DNA of 64,000 bases from Eledone cirrhosa (taxonomy: Eukaryota), in the NCBI GenBank assembly GCA_964016885.1, contig OZ024744.1, positions 30,070,001-30,134,000 of the forward strand. Direction: 5' to 3'. Each line of letters opens with the position of its first letter. Position 1 is the first letter of the stretch. This document shows positions 30,701 through 46,360 of the stretch, one piece after another. A model generated the notes under the pieces. That model did not search any database. It saw nothing but the letters and a program-made list of their open reading frames with translations, and was not told where the DNA came from. Made by a program: the position numbers and the translations under genes.

Positions 30701-33700
30701 AGTCACACCTACATCTGACTATAGATACACCTAGAACACAAAGTAATCATTTTATGTCCCTCTACGTAAATAGGACAGTCACACCTACATCTGACTACAG
30801 ATACACCTAGAACACAAAGTAATCAATGTATGTCCCTCTATGTAAATAGGACAGTCACACCTACATCTGACCATAGATACACCTAGAACACAAAGTAATC
30901 ACTGTATGTCCATCTATGTAAATAGTACAGTCACACCTACATCTGACCATAGATCCACCTAGAACACAAAGTAATCACGGTATGTCCCTCTATGTAAATA
31001 GGACAGTCACACCTACATCTGACAATAGATACACCTAGAACACAAAGTAATCACTGTATGTCCCTCTATGAAAATAGGACAGTCACACCTACATCTGACT
31101 ATAGATACACCTAGAACACAAAGTAATCATTTTATGTCCCTCTACGTAAATAGGACAGTCACACCTACATCTGACTATAGATACACCTAGAACACAAAGT
31201 AATCAATGTATGTCCGTCTATGTAAATAGGACAGTCACACCTACATCTGACCATAGATACACCTAGAACACAAAGTAATCACTGTATGTCCCTCTATGTA
31301 AATAGGACAGTCACACCTACATCTGACTATAGATACACCTAGAACACAAAGTAATCATTTTATGTCCCTCTACGTAAATAGGACAGTCACACCTACATCT
31401 GACTATAGATACACCTAGAACACAAAGTAATCAATGTATGTCCCTCTATGTAAATAGGACAGTCACACCTACATCTGACCATAGATACACCTAGAACACA
31501 AAGTAATCACTGTATGTCCCTCTATGTAAATAGGACAGTCACCCCTACATCTGACCATAGATACACCTAGAACACAAAGTAATCACTGTATGTCCCTCTA
31601 TGTAAATAGGATAGTCACACCTACATCTGACAATAGATACACCTAGAACACAAAGTAATCACTGTATGTCCCTCTATGAAAATAGGACAGTCACACCTAC
31701 ATCTGACTATAGATACACCTAGAACACAAAGTAATCAATGTATGTCCCTCTATGTAAATAGGACAGTCACACCTACATCTGACCATAGATACACCTAGAA
31801 CACAAAGTAATCACTGTATGTCCCTCTATGTAAATAGGACAGTCACACCTACATCTGATCATAGATACACCTAGAACACAAAGTAATCACTGTATGTCCC
31901 TCTATGTAAATAGGACAGTCACACCTACATCTGACAATAGATACACCTAGAACACAAAGTAATCACTGTATGTCCCTCTATGTAAATAGGACAGTCACAC
32001 CTACATCTGACCATAGATGCACCTAGAACACAAAGTAATCAATTTATGTCCCTCTATGTAAATAGGACAGTCACACCTACCTCTGACCATAGATACACCT
32101 CGAACACAAAGTAATCACTGTATGTACCTCTATGTAAATAGTACAGTCACACCGACATCTGACTATAGATACACCTAGAGCACAAAGTAATCACTGTATG
32201 TCACTCTATGTAAATAGTACAGTCACACCTACATCTGACTATAGATACACCTAGAACACAAAGTAATCAATGTATGTCCGTCTATGTAAATAGGACAGTC
32301 ACACCTACATCTGACCATAGATACACCTAGAACACAAAGTAATCACTGTATGTCCCTCTATGTAAATAGGACAGTCACACCTACATCTGACTATAGATAC
32401 ACCTAGAACACAAAGTAATCATTTTATGTCCCTCTACGTAAATAGGACAGTCACACCTACATCTGACTATAGATACACCTAGAACACAAAGTAATCAATG
32501 TATGTCCCTCTATGTAAATAGGACAGTCACACCTACATCTGACCATAGATACACCTAGAACACAAAGTAATCACTGTATGTCCCTCTATGTAAATAGGAC
32601 AGTCACACCTACATCTGACCATAGATACACCTAGAACACAAAGTAATCATTTTATATCCCTCTACGTAAATAGGACAGTCACACGTACATCTGACTATAG
32701 ATACACCTAGAACACAAAGTAATCAATGTATGTCCCTCTATGTAATTAGGACAGTCACACCTACATCTGACCATAGATACACCTAGAACACAAAGTAATC
32801 ACTGTACGTCCCTCTATGTAAATAGGACAGTCACACCTACATCTGACCATAGATACACCTAGAACACAAAGTAATCACTGTATGTCCCTCTATGTAAATA
32901 GGACAGACACACCTACATCTGACAATAGATACACCTAGAACACAAAGTAATCACTGTATGTCCCTCTATGAAAATAGGACAGTCACACCTACATTTGACT
33001 ATAGATACACCTAGAACACAAAGTAATCATTTTATGTCCCTCTACGTAAATAGGACAGTCACACCTACATCTGACTATAGATACACATAGAACACAAAGT
33101 AATCAATGTATGTCCCTCTATGTAAATAGGACAGTCACACCTACATCTGACCATAGATACACCTAGAACACAAAGTAATCACTGTATGTCCCTCTATGTA
33201 AATAGGACAGTCACACCTACATCTGACTATAGATACACCTAGAACACAAAGTAATCATTTTATGTCCCTCTACGTAAATAGGACAGTCACACCTACATCT
33301 GACTACAGATACACCTAGAACACAAAGTAATCAATGTATGTCCCTCTATGTAAATAGGACAGTCACACCTACATCTGACCATAGATACACCTAGAACACA
33401 AAGTAATCACTGTATGTCCATCTATGTAAATAGTACAGTCACACCTACATCTGACCATAGATCCACCTAGAACACAAAGTAATCACGGTATGTCCCTCTA
33501 TGTAAATAGGACAGTCACACCTACATCTGACAATAGATACACCTAGAACACAAAGTAATCACTGTATGTCCCTCTATGAAAATAGGACAGTCACACCTAC
33601 ATCTGACTATAGATACACCTAGAACACAAAGTAATCATTTTATGTCCCTCTACGTAAATAGGACAGTCACACCTACATCTGACTATAGATACACCTAGAA

Positions 33701-36049
33701 CACAAAGTAATCAATGTATGTCCGTCTATGTAAATAGGACAGTCACACCTACATCTGACCATAGATACACCTAGAACACAAAGTAATCACTGTATGTCCC
33801 TCTATGTAAATAGGACAGTCACACCTACATCTGACTATAGATACACCTAGAACACAAAGTTATCATTTTATGTCCCTCTACGTAAATAGGACAGTCACAC
33901 CTACATCTGACTATAGATACACCTAGAACACAAAGTAATCAATGTATGTCCGTCTATGTAAATAGGACAGTCACACCTACATCTGACCATAGATACACCT
34001 AGAACACAAAGTAATCACTGTATGTCCCTCTATGTAAATAGGACAGTCACACCTACATCTGACTATAGATACACCTAGAACACAAAGTAATCATTTTATG
34101 TCCCTCTACGTAAATAGGACAGTCACACCTACATCTGACTATAGATACACCTAGAACACAAAGTAATCAATGTATGTCCCTCTATGTAAATAGGACAGTC
34201 ACACCTACATCTGACCATAGATACACCTAGAACACAAAGTAATCACTGTATGTCCCTCTATGTAAATAGGACAGTCACCCCTACATCTGACCATAGATAC
34301 ACCTAGAACACAAAGTAATCACTGTATGTCCCTCTATGTAAATAGGATAGTCACACCTACATCTGACAATAGATACACCTAGAACACAAAGTAATCACTG
34401 TATGTCCCTCTATGAAAATAGGACAGTCACACCTACATCTGACTATAGATACACCTAGAACACAAAGTAATCAATGTATGTCCCTCTATGTAAATAGGAC
34501 AGTCACACCTACATCTGACCATAGATACACCTAGAACACAAAGTAATCACTGTATGTCCCTCTATGTAAATAGGACAGTCACACCTACATCTGATCATAG
34601 ATACACCTAGAACACAAAGTAATCACTGTATGTCCCTCTATGTAAATAGGACAGTCACACCTACATCTGACAATAGATACACCTAGAACACAAAGTAATC
34701 ACTGTATGTCCCTCTATGTAAATAGGACAGTCACACCTACATCTGACCATAGATGCACCTAGAACACAAAGTAATCAATTTATGTCCCTCTATGTAAATA
34801 GGACAGTCACACCTACCTCTGACCATAGATACACCTCGAACACAAAGTAATCACTGTATGTACCTCTATGTAAATAGTACAGTCACACCGACATCTGACT
34901 ATAGATACACCTAGAGCACAAAGTAATCACTGTATGTCACTCTATGTAAATAGTACAGTCACACCTACATCTGACTATAGATACACCTAGAACACAAAGT
35001 AATCAATGTATGTCCGTCTATGTAAATAGGACAGTCACACCTACATCTGACCATAGATACACCTAGAACACAAAGTAATCACTGTATGTCCCTCTATGTA
35101 AATAGGACAGTCACACCTACATCTGACTATAGATACACCTAGAACACAAAGTAATCATTTTATGTCCCTCTACGTAAATAGGACAGTCACACCTACATCT
35201 GACTATAGATACACCTAGAACACAAAGTAATCAATGTATGTCCCTCTATGTAAATAGGACAGTCACACCTACATCTGACCATAGATACACCTAGAACACA
35301 AAGTAATCACTGTATGTCCCTCTATGTAAATAGGACAGTCACACCTACATCTGACCATAGATACACCTAGAACACAAAGTAATCATTTTATATCCCTCTA
35401 CGTAAATAGGACAGTCACACGTACATCTGACTATAGATACACCTAGAACACAAAGTAATCAATGTATGTCCCTCTATGTAATTAGGACAGTCACACCTAC
35501 ATCTGACCATAGATACACCTAGAACACAAATAATCACTGTACGTCCCTCTATGTAAATAGTACAGTCACACCTACATCTGACCATAGATCCACCTAGAAC
35601 ACAAAGTAATCACGGTATGTCCCTCTATGTAAATAGGACAGTCACACCTACATCTGACCATAGATACACCTAGAACACAAAGTAATCACTGTATGTCCAT
35701 CTATGTAAATAGTACAGTCACACCTACATCTGACCATAGATCCACCTAGAACACAAAGTAATCACGGTATGTCCCTCTATGTAAATAGGACAGTCACACC
35801 TACATCTGACAATAGATACACCTAGAACACAAAGTAATCACTGTATGTCCCTCTATGAAAATAGGACAGTCACACCTACATCTGACTATAGATACACCTA
35901 GAACACAAAGTAATCATTTTATGTCCCTCTACGTAAATAGGACAGTCACACCTACATCTGACTATAGATACACCTAGAACACAAAGTAATCAATGTATGT
36001 CCGTCTATGTAAATAGGACAGTCACACCTACATCTGACCATAGATACAC

Positions 36050-39000
36050 CTAGAACACAAAGTAATCACTGTATGTCCCTCTATGTAAATAGGACAGTCA
36101 CACCTACATCTGACTATAGATACACCTAGAACACAAAGTAATCATTTTATGTCCCTCTACGTAAATAGGACAGTCACACCTACATCTGACTATAGATACA
36201 CCTAGAACACAAAGTAATCAATGTATGTCCCTCTATGTAAATAGGACAGTCACACCTACATCTGACCATAGATACACCTAGAACACAAAGTAATCACTGT
36301 ATGTCCCTCTATGTAAATAGGACAGTCACTCCTACATCTGACCATAGATACACCTAGAACACAAAGTAATCACTGTATGTCCCTCTATGTAAATAGGATA
36401 GTCACACCTACATCTGACAATAGATACACCTAGAACACAAAGTAATCACTGCATGTCCCTCTATGAAAATAGGACAGTCACACCTACATCTGACTATAGA
36501 TACACCTAGAACACAAAGTAATCATTTTATGTCCCTCTACGTAAATAGGACAGTCACACCTACATCTGACTATAGATACACCTAGAACACAAAGTAATCA
36601 ATGTATGTCCCTCTATGTAAATAGGACAGTCACACCTACATCTGACCATAGATACACCTAGAACACAAAGTAATCACTGTATGTCCCTCTATGTAAATAG
36701 GACAGTCACACCTACATCTGATCATAGATACACCTAGAACACAAAGTAATCATTGTATGTCCCTCTATGTAAATAGGACAGTCACACCTACATCTGACAA
36801 TAGATACACCTAGAACACAAAGTAATCACTGTATGTCCCTCTATGTAAATAGGACAGTCACACCTACATCTGACCATAGATGCACCTAGAACACAAAGTA
36901 ATCAATTTATGTCCCTCTATGTAAATAGGACAGTCACACCTACCTCTGACCATAGATACACCTCGAACACAAAGTAATCACTGTATGTACCTCTATGTAA
37001 ATAGTACAGTCACACCGACATCTGACTATAGATACACCTAGAGCACAAAGTAATCACTGTATGTCACTCTATGTAAATAGTACAGTCACACCTACATCTG
37101 ACTATAGATACACCTAGAACACAAAGTAATCACTGTATGTCTCTCTATGTAAATAGGACAGTCACACCTACATCTGACTATAGATACACCTAGAACACAA
37201 AGTAATCATTTTATGTCCCTCTACGTAAATAGGACAGTCACACCTACATCTGACTATAGATACACCTAGAACACAAAGTAATCAATGTATGTCCCTCTAT
37301 GTAAATAGGACAGTCACACCTACATCTGACCATAGATACACCTAGAACACAAAGTAATCACTGTATGTCCTTCTATGTAAATAGGACAGTCACACCTACA
37401 TCTGACCATAGATACACCTAGAACACAAAGTAATCACTGTATGTCCCTCTATGTAAATAGGACAGTCACACCTACATCTGACAATAGATACACCTAGAAC
37501 ACAAAGTAATCACTGTATGTCCCTCTATGAAAATAGGACAGTCACACCTACATCTAACTATAGATACACCTAGAACACAAAGTAATCAATGTATGTCCCT
37601 GTATGTAAATAGGACAGTCACACCTACATCTGACCATAGATACACCTAGAATACAAAGTAATCACTGTATGTCCCTCTATGTAAATAGGACAGTCACACC
37701 TACATCTGACCATAGATACACCTAGAACACAAAGTAATCACTGTATGTCCCTCTATGTAAATAGGACAGTCACACCTACATCTGACAATAGATACACCTA
37801 GAACACAAAGTAATCACTGTATGTCCCTCTATGTAAATAGGACAGTCACACCTACATCTGACCATAGATACACCTAGAACACAAAGTAATCACTTTATGT
37901 CCCTCTATGTAAATAGGACAGTCACACCTACCTCTGACCATAGATACACCTCGAACACAAAGTAATCACTGTATGTCCCTCTATGTAAATAAGACAGTTA
38001 CACCTAGATCTGACCATAGATACACATATAACACAAAGTAATCGCTGTATGTCCCTCTATGTAAATAAGACAGTCACACCTACATCTGACTATAGATACA
38101 CCTAGAACACAAAGTAATCACTGTATGTCCCTCTATGTAAATAGGACAGTCACACCTACATCTGACTATAGATACACCTAGAACACAAAGTAATCATTTT
38201 ATATCCCTCTACGTAAATAGGACAGTCACACGTACATCTGACTATAGATACACCTAGAACACAAAGTAATCAATGTATGTCCCTCTATGTAAATAGGACA
38301 GTCACACCTACATCTGACCATAGATACACCTAGAACACAAAGTAATCACTGTATGTCCCTCTATGTAAATAGGACAGTCACACCTACATCTGACCATAGA
38401 TACACCTAGAACACAAAGTAATCACTGTATGTCCCTCTATGTAAATAGGACAGACACACCTACATCTGACAATAGATACACCTAGAACACAAAGTAATCA
38501 CTGTATGTCCCTCTATGAAAATAGGACAGTCACACCTACATTTGACTATAGATACACCTAGAACACAAAGTAATCATTTTATGTCCCTCTACGTAAATAG
38601 GACAGTCACACCTACATCTGACTATAGATACACATAGAACACAAAGTAATCAATGTATGTCCCTCTATGTAAATAGGACAGTCACACCTACATCTGACCA
38701 TAGATACACCTAGAACACAAAGTAATCACTGTATGTCCCTCTATGTAAATAGGACAGTCACACCTACATCTGACTATAGATACACCTAGAACACAAAGTA
38801 ATCATTTTATGTCCCTCTACGTAAATAGGACAGTCACACCTACATCTGACTACAGATACACCTAGAACACAAAGTAATCAATGTATGTCCCTCTATGTAA
38901 ATAGGACATTCACACCTACATCTGACCATAGATACACCTAGAACACAAAGTAATCACTGTATGTCCCTCTATGTAAATAGTACAGTCACACCTACATCTG

Positions 39001-42000
39001 ACCATAGATCCACCTAGAACACAAAGTAATCACGGTATGTCCCTCTATGTAAATAGAACAGTCACACCTACATCTGACCATAGATACACCTAGAACACAA
39101 AGTAATCACTGTATGTCCCTCTATGTAAATAGGACAGTCACACCTACATCTGACTATAGATACACCTAGAACACAAAGTAATCATTTTATGTCCCTCTAC
39201 GTAAATAGGACAGTCACACCTACATCTGACTATAGATACACCTAGAACACAAAGTAATCAATGTATGTCCCTCTATGTAAATAGGACAGTCACACCTACA
39301 TCTGACCATAGATACACCTAGAACACAAAGTAATCACTGTATGTCCCTCTATGTAAATAGGACAGTCACCCCTACATCTGACCATAGATACACCTAGAAC
39401 ACAAAGTAATCACTGTATGTCCCTCTATGTAAATAGGATAGTCACACCTACATCTGACAATAGATACACCTAGAACACAAAGTAATCACTGTATGTCCCT
39501 CTATGAAAATAGGACAGTCACACCTACATCTGACTATAGATACACCTAGAACACAAAGTAATCATTTTATGTCCCTCTACGTAAATAGGACAGTCACACC
39601 TACATCTGACTATAGATACACCTAGAACACAAAGTAATCAATGTATGTCCCTCTATGTAAATAGGACAGTCACACCTACATCTGACCATAGATACACCTA
39701 GAACACAAAGTAATCACTGTATGTCCCTCTATGTAAATAGGACAGTCACACCTACATCTGATCATAGATACACCTAGAACACAAAGTAATCATTGTATGT
39801 CCCTCTATGTAAATAGGACAGTCACACCTACATCTGACAATAGATACACCTAGAACACAAAGTAATCACTGTATGTCCCTCTATGTAAATAGGACAGTCA
39901 CACCTACATCTGACCATAGATGCACCTAGAACACAAAGTAATCAATTTATGTCCCTCTATGTAAATAGGACAGTCACACCTACCTCTGACCATAGATACA
40001 CCTCGAACACAAAGTAATCACTGTATGTACCTCTATGTAAATAGTACAGTCACACCGACATCTGACTATAGATACACCTAGAGCACAAAGTAATCACTGT
40101 ATGTCACTCTATGTAAATAGTACAGTCACACCTACATCTGACTATAGATACACCTAGAACACAAAGTAATCACTGTATGTCCCTCTATGTAAATAGGACA
40201 GTCACACCTACATCTGACTATAGATACACCTAGAACACAAAGTAATCATTTTATGTCCCTCTACGTAAATAGGACAGTCACACCTACATCTGACTATAGA
40301 TACACCTAGAACACAAAGTAATCAATGTATGTCCCTCTATGTAAATAGGACAGTCACACCTACATCTGACCATAGATACACCTAGAACACAAAGTAATCA
40401 CTGTATGTCCTTCTATGTAAATAGGACAGTCACACCTACATCTGACCATAGATACACCTAGAACACAAAGTAATCACTGTATGTCCCTCTATGTAAATAG
40501 GACAGTCACACCTACATCTGACAATAGATACACCTAGAACACAAAGTAATCACTGTATGTCCCTCTATGAAAATAGGACAGTCACACCTACATCTAACTA
40601 TAGATACACCTAGAACACAAAGTAATCAATGTATGTCCCTGTATGTAAATAGGACAGTCACACCTACATCTGACCATAGATACACCTAGAATACAAAGTA
40701 ATCACTGTATGTCCCTCTATGTAAATAGGACAGTCACACCTACATCTGACCATAGATACACCTAGAACACAAAGTAATCACTGTATGTCCCTCTATGTAA
40801 ATAGGACAGTCACACCTACATCTTACAATAGATACACCTAGAACACAAAGTAATCACTGTATGTCCCTCTATGTAAATAGGACAGTCACACCTACATCTG
40901 ACCATAGATACACCTAGAACACAAAGTAATCACTTTATGTCCCTCTATGTAAATAGGACAGTCACACCTACCTCTGACCATAGATACACCTCGAACACAA
41001 AGTAATCACTGTATGTCCCTCTATGTAAATAAGACAGTTACACCTAGATCTGACCATAGATACACATATAACACAAAGTAATCGCTGTATGTCCCTCTAT
41101 GTAAATAAGACAGTCACACCTACATCTGACTATAGATACACCTAGAACACAAAGTAATCACTGTATGTCCCTCTATGTAAATAGGACAGTCACACCTACA
41201 TCTGACTATAGATACACCTAGAACACAAAGTAATCATTTTATATCCCTCTACGTAAATAGGACAGTCACACGTACATCTGACTATAGATACACCTAGAAC
41301 ACAAAGTAATCAATGTATGTCCCTCTATGTAAATAGGACAGTCACACCTACATCTGACCACAGAAAACACCTAGAACACAAAGTAATCACTGTATGTCCC
41401 TCTATGTAAATAGGACAGTCACACCTACATCTGACCATAGATACACCTAGAACACAAAGTAATCACTGTATGTCCCTCTATGTAAATAGGACAGACACAC
41501 CTACATCTGACAATAGATACACCTAGAACACAAAGTAATCACTGTATGTCCCTCTATGAAAATAGGACAGTCACACCTACATTTGACTATAGATACACCT
41601 AGAACACAAAGTAATCATTTTATGTCCCTCTACGTAAATAGGACAGTCACACCTACATCTGACTATAGATACACATAGAACACAAAGTAATCAATGTATG
41701 TCCCTCTATGTAAATAGGACAGTCACACCTACATCTGACCATAGATACACCTAGAACACAAAGTAATCACTGTATGTCCCTCTATGTAAATAGGACAGTC
41801 ACACCTACATCTGACTATAGATACACCTAGAACACAAAGTAATCATTTTATGTCCCTCTACGTAAATAGGACAGTCACACCTACATCTGACTACAGATAC
41901 ACCTAGAACACAAAGTAATCAATGTATGTCCCTCTATGTAAATAGGACATTCACACCTACATCTGACCATAGATACACCTAGAACACAAAGTAATCACTG

Positions 42001-42110
42001 TATGTCCCTCTATGTAAATAGTACAGTCACACCTACATCTGACCATAGATCCACCTAGAACACAAAGTAATCACGGTATGTCCCTCTATGTAAATAGAAC
42101 AGTCACACCT
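36050..42110. repeat. 40-monomer (3040 bp) tandem duplication
   Basis: gatgcacc (about 36879/39919), tccttcta (37368/40408), agaatacaaa (37648/40688) and agttacacctagatc (about 37996/41036) are 3040 bp apart. Boundaries are approximate. Confidence 0.88.
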
Positions 42111-44229
42111 CCATCTGACTATAGATACACCTAGAACACAAAGTAATCAATGTATGTCCCTCTATGAAAATAGGACAGTCACACCTACATTTGACTATAG
42201 ATACACCTAGAACACAAAGTAATCAATGTATGTCCCTCTATGTAAATAGGACAGTCACACCTACATCTGACCATAGATACACCTAGAACACAAAGTAATC
42301 ACTGTATGTCCCTCTATGTAAATAGGACAGTCACACCTACATCTGACCATAGATACACCTAGAACACAAAGTAATCACTGTATGTCCCTCTATGTAAATA
42401 GGACAGTCACACCTACATCTGACAATAGATACACCTAGAACACAAAGTAATCACTGTATGTCCCTCTATGTAAATAGGACAGTCACACCTACATCTGACC
42501 ATAGATACACCTAGAACACAAAGTAATCAATTTATGTCCCTCTATGTAAATAGGACAGTCACACCTACCTCTGACCATAGATACACCTCGAACACAAAGT
42601 AATCACTGTATGTCCCTCTATGTAAATAAGACAGTCACACCTAGATCTGACCATAGATACACATATAACACAAAGTAATCGCTGTATGTCCCTCTATGTA
42701 AATAAGACAGTCACACCTACATCTGACTATAGATACACCTAGAACACAAAGTAATCATTTTATGTCCCTCTACGTAAATAGTACAGTCACACCTACATCT
42801 GACCATAGATCCACCTAGAACACAAAGTAATCACGGTATGTCCCTCTATGTAAATAGGACAGTCACACCTACATCTGACAATAGATACACCTAGAACACA
42901 AAGTAATCACTGTATGTCCCTCTATGAAAATAGGACAGTCACACCTACATCTGACTATAGATACACCTAGAACACAAAGTAATCATTTTATGTCCCTCTA
43001 CGTAAATAGGACAGTCACACCTACATCTGACTTTAGATACACCTAGAACACAAAGTAATCCATGTATGTCCCTCTATGAACATAGGACAGTCACACCTAC
43101 ATCTGACAATAGATACACCTAGAACACAAAGTAATCACTGTATGTCCCTCTATGAAAATAGGACAGTCACACCTACATCTGACTATAGATACACCTAGAA
43201 CACAAAGTAATCATTTTATGTCCCTCTACGTAAATAGGACAGTCACACCTACATCTGACTTTAGATACACCTAGAACACAAAGTAATCAATGTATGTCCG
43301 TCTATGTAAATAGGACAGTCACACCTACATCTGACCATAGATACACCTAGAACACAAAGTAATCACTGTATGTCCCTCTATGTAAATAGGACAGTCACAC
43401 CTACATCTGACTATAGATACACCTAGAACACAAAGTAATCATTTTATGTCCCTCTACGTAAATAGGACAGTCACACCTACATCTGACTATAGATACACCT
43501 AGAACACAAAGTAATCAATGTATGTCCCTCTATGTAAATAGGACAGTCACACCTACATCTGACCATAGATACACCTAGAACACAAAGTAATCACTGTATG
43601 TCCCTCTATGTAAATAGGACAGTCACACCTACATCTGACCATAGATACACCTAGAACACAAAGTAATCATTTTATATCCCTCTACGTAAATAGGACAGTC
43701 ACACGTACATCTGACTATAGATACACCTAGAACACAAAGTAATCAATGTATGTCCCTCTATGTAATTAGGACAGTCACACCTACATCTGACCATAGATAC
43801 ACCTAGAACACAAAGTAATCACTGTACGTCCCTCTATGTAAATAGGACAGTCACACCTACATCTGACCATAGATCCACCTAGAACACAAAGTAATCACGG
43901 TATGTCCCTCTATGTAAATAGGACAGTCACACCTACATCTGACAATAGATACACCTAGAACACAAAGTAATCACTGTATGTCCCTCTATGAAAATAGGAC
44001 AGTCACACCTACATCTGACTATAGATACACCTAGAACACAAAGTAATCATTTTATGTCCCTCTACGTAAATAGGACAGTCACACCTACATCTGACTATAG
44101 ATACACCTAGAACACAAAGTAATCAATGTATGTCCGTCTATGTAAATAGGACAGTCACACCTACATCTGACCATAGATACACCTAGAACACAAAGTAATC
44201 ACTGTATGTCCCTCTATGTAAATAGGACA

Positions 44230-46360
44230 GTCACACCTACATCTGACTATAGATACACCTAGAACACAAAGTAATCATTTTATGTCCCTCTACGTAAATA
44301 GGACAGTCACACCTACATCTGACTATAGATACACCTAGAACACAAAGTAATCAATGTATGTCCCTCTATGTAAATAGGACAGTCACACCTACATCTGACC
44401 ATAGATACACCTAGAACACAAAGTAATCACTGTATGTCCCTCTATGTAAATAGGACAGTCACACCTACATCTGACCATAGATACACCTAGAACACAAAGT
44501 AATCACTGTATGTCCCTCTATGTAAATAGGATAGTCACACCTACATCTGACAATAGATACACCTAGAACACAAAGTAATCACTGTATGTCCCTATATGAA
44601 AATAGGACAGTCACACCTACATCTGACTATAGATACACCTAGAACACAAAGTAATCATTTTATGTCCCTCTACGTAAATAGGAGAGTCACACCTACATCT
44701 GACTATAGATACACCTAGAACACAAAGTAATCAATGTATGTCCCTCTATGTAAATAGGACAGTCACACCTACATCTGACCATAGATACACCTAGAACACA
44801 AAGTAATCACTGTATGTCCCTCTATGTAAATAGGACAGTCACACCTACATCTGATCATAGATACACCTAGAACACAAAGTAATCACTGTATGTCCCTCTA
44901 TGTAAATAGGACAGTCACACCTACATCTGACAATAGATACACCTAGAACACAAAGTAATCACTGTATGTCCCTCTATGTAAATAGGACAGTCACACCTAC
45001 ATCTGACCATAGATGCACCTAGAACACAAAGTAATCAATTTATGTCCCTCTATGTAAATAGGACAGTCACACCTACCTCTGACCATAGATACACCTCGAA
45101 CACAAAGTAATCACTGTATGTACCTCTATGTAAATAGTACAGTCACACCGACATCTGACTATAGATACACCTAGAGCACAAAGTAATCACTGTATGTCAC
45201 TCTATGTAAATAGTACAGTCACACCTACATCTGACTATAGATACACCTAGAACACAAAGTAATCACTGTATGTCCCTCTATGTAAATAGGACAGTCACAC
45301 CTACATCTGACTATAGATACACCTAGAACACAAAGTAATCATTTTATGTCCCTCTACGTAAATAGGACAGTCACACCTACATCTGACTATAGATACACCT
45401 AGAACACAAAGTAATCAATGTATGTCCCTCTATGTAAATAGGACAGTCACACCTACATCTGACCATAGATACACCTAGAACACAAAGTAATCACTGTATG
45501 TCCCTCTATGTAAATAGGACAGTCACACCTACATCTGACCATAGATACACCTAGAACACAAAGTAATCACTGTATGTCCCTCTATGTAAATAGGATAGTC
45601 GCACCTACATCTGACAATAGATACACCTAGAACACAAAGTAATCACTGTATGTCCCTCTATGAAAATAGGACAGTCACACCTACATCTGACTATAGATAC
45701 ACCTAGAACACAAAGTAATCATTTTATGTCCCTCTACGTAAATAGGACAGTCACACCTACATCTGACTATAGATACACCTAGAACACAAAGTAATCAATG
45801 TATGTCCCTCTATGTAAATAGGACAGTCACACCTACATCTGACCATAGATACACCTAGAACACAAAGTAATCACTCTATGTCCCTCTATGTAAATAGGAC
45901 AGTCACACCTACATCTGATCATAGATACACCTAGAACACAAAGTAATCACTGTATGTCCCTCTATGTAAATAGGACAGTCACACCTACATCTGACAATAG
46001 ATACACCTAGAACACAAAGTAATCACTGTATGTCCCTCTATGTAAATAGGACAGTCACACCTACATCTGACCATAAATGCACCTAGAACACAAAGTAATC
46101 AATTTATGTCCCTCTATGTAAATAGGACAGTCACACCTACCTCTGACCATAGATACACCTCGAACACAAAGTAATCACTGTATGTCCCTCTATGTAAATA
46201 GTACAGTCACACCGACATCTGACTATAGATACACCTAGAGCACAAAGTAATCACTGTATGTCACTCTATGTAAATAGTACAGTCACACCTACATCTGACT
46301 ATAGATACACCTAGAACACAAAGTAATCACTGTATGTCCCTCTATGTAAATAGTACAGTC
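44230..46360. repeat. 14-monomer (1064 bp) tandem duplication at the end of domain A
   Basis: ggatagtc (44529/45593), gatcatag (44853/45917), atgcacc (45013/46077) and accgac (45147/46211) are 1064 bp apart. Confidence 0.82.
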
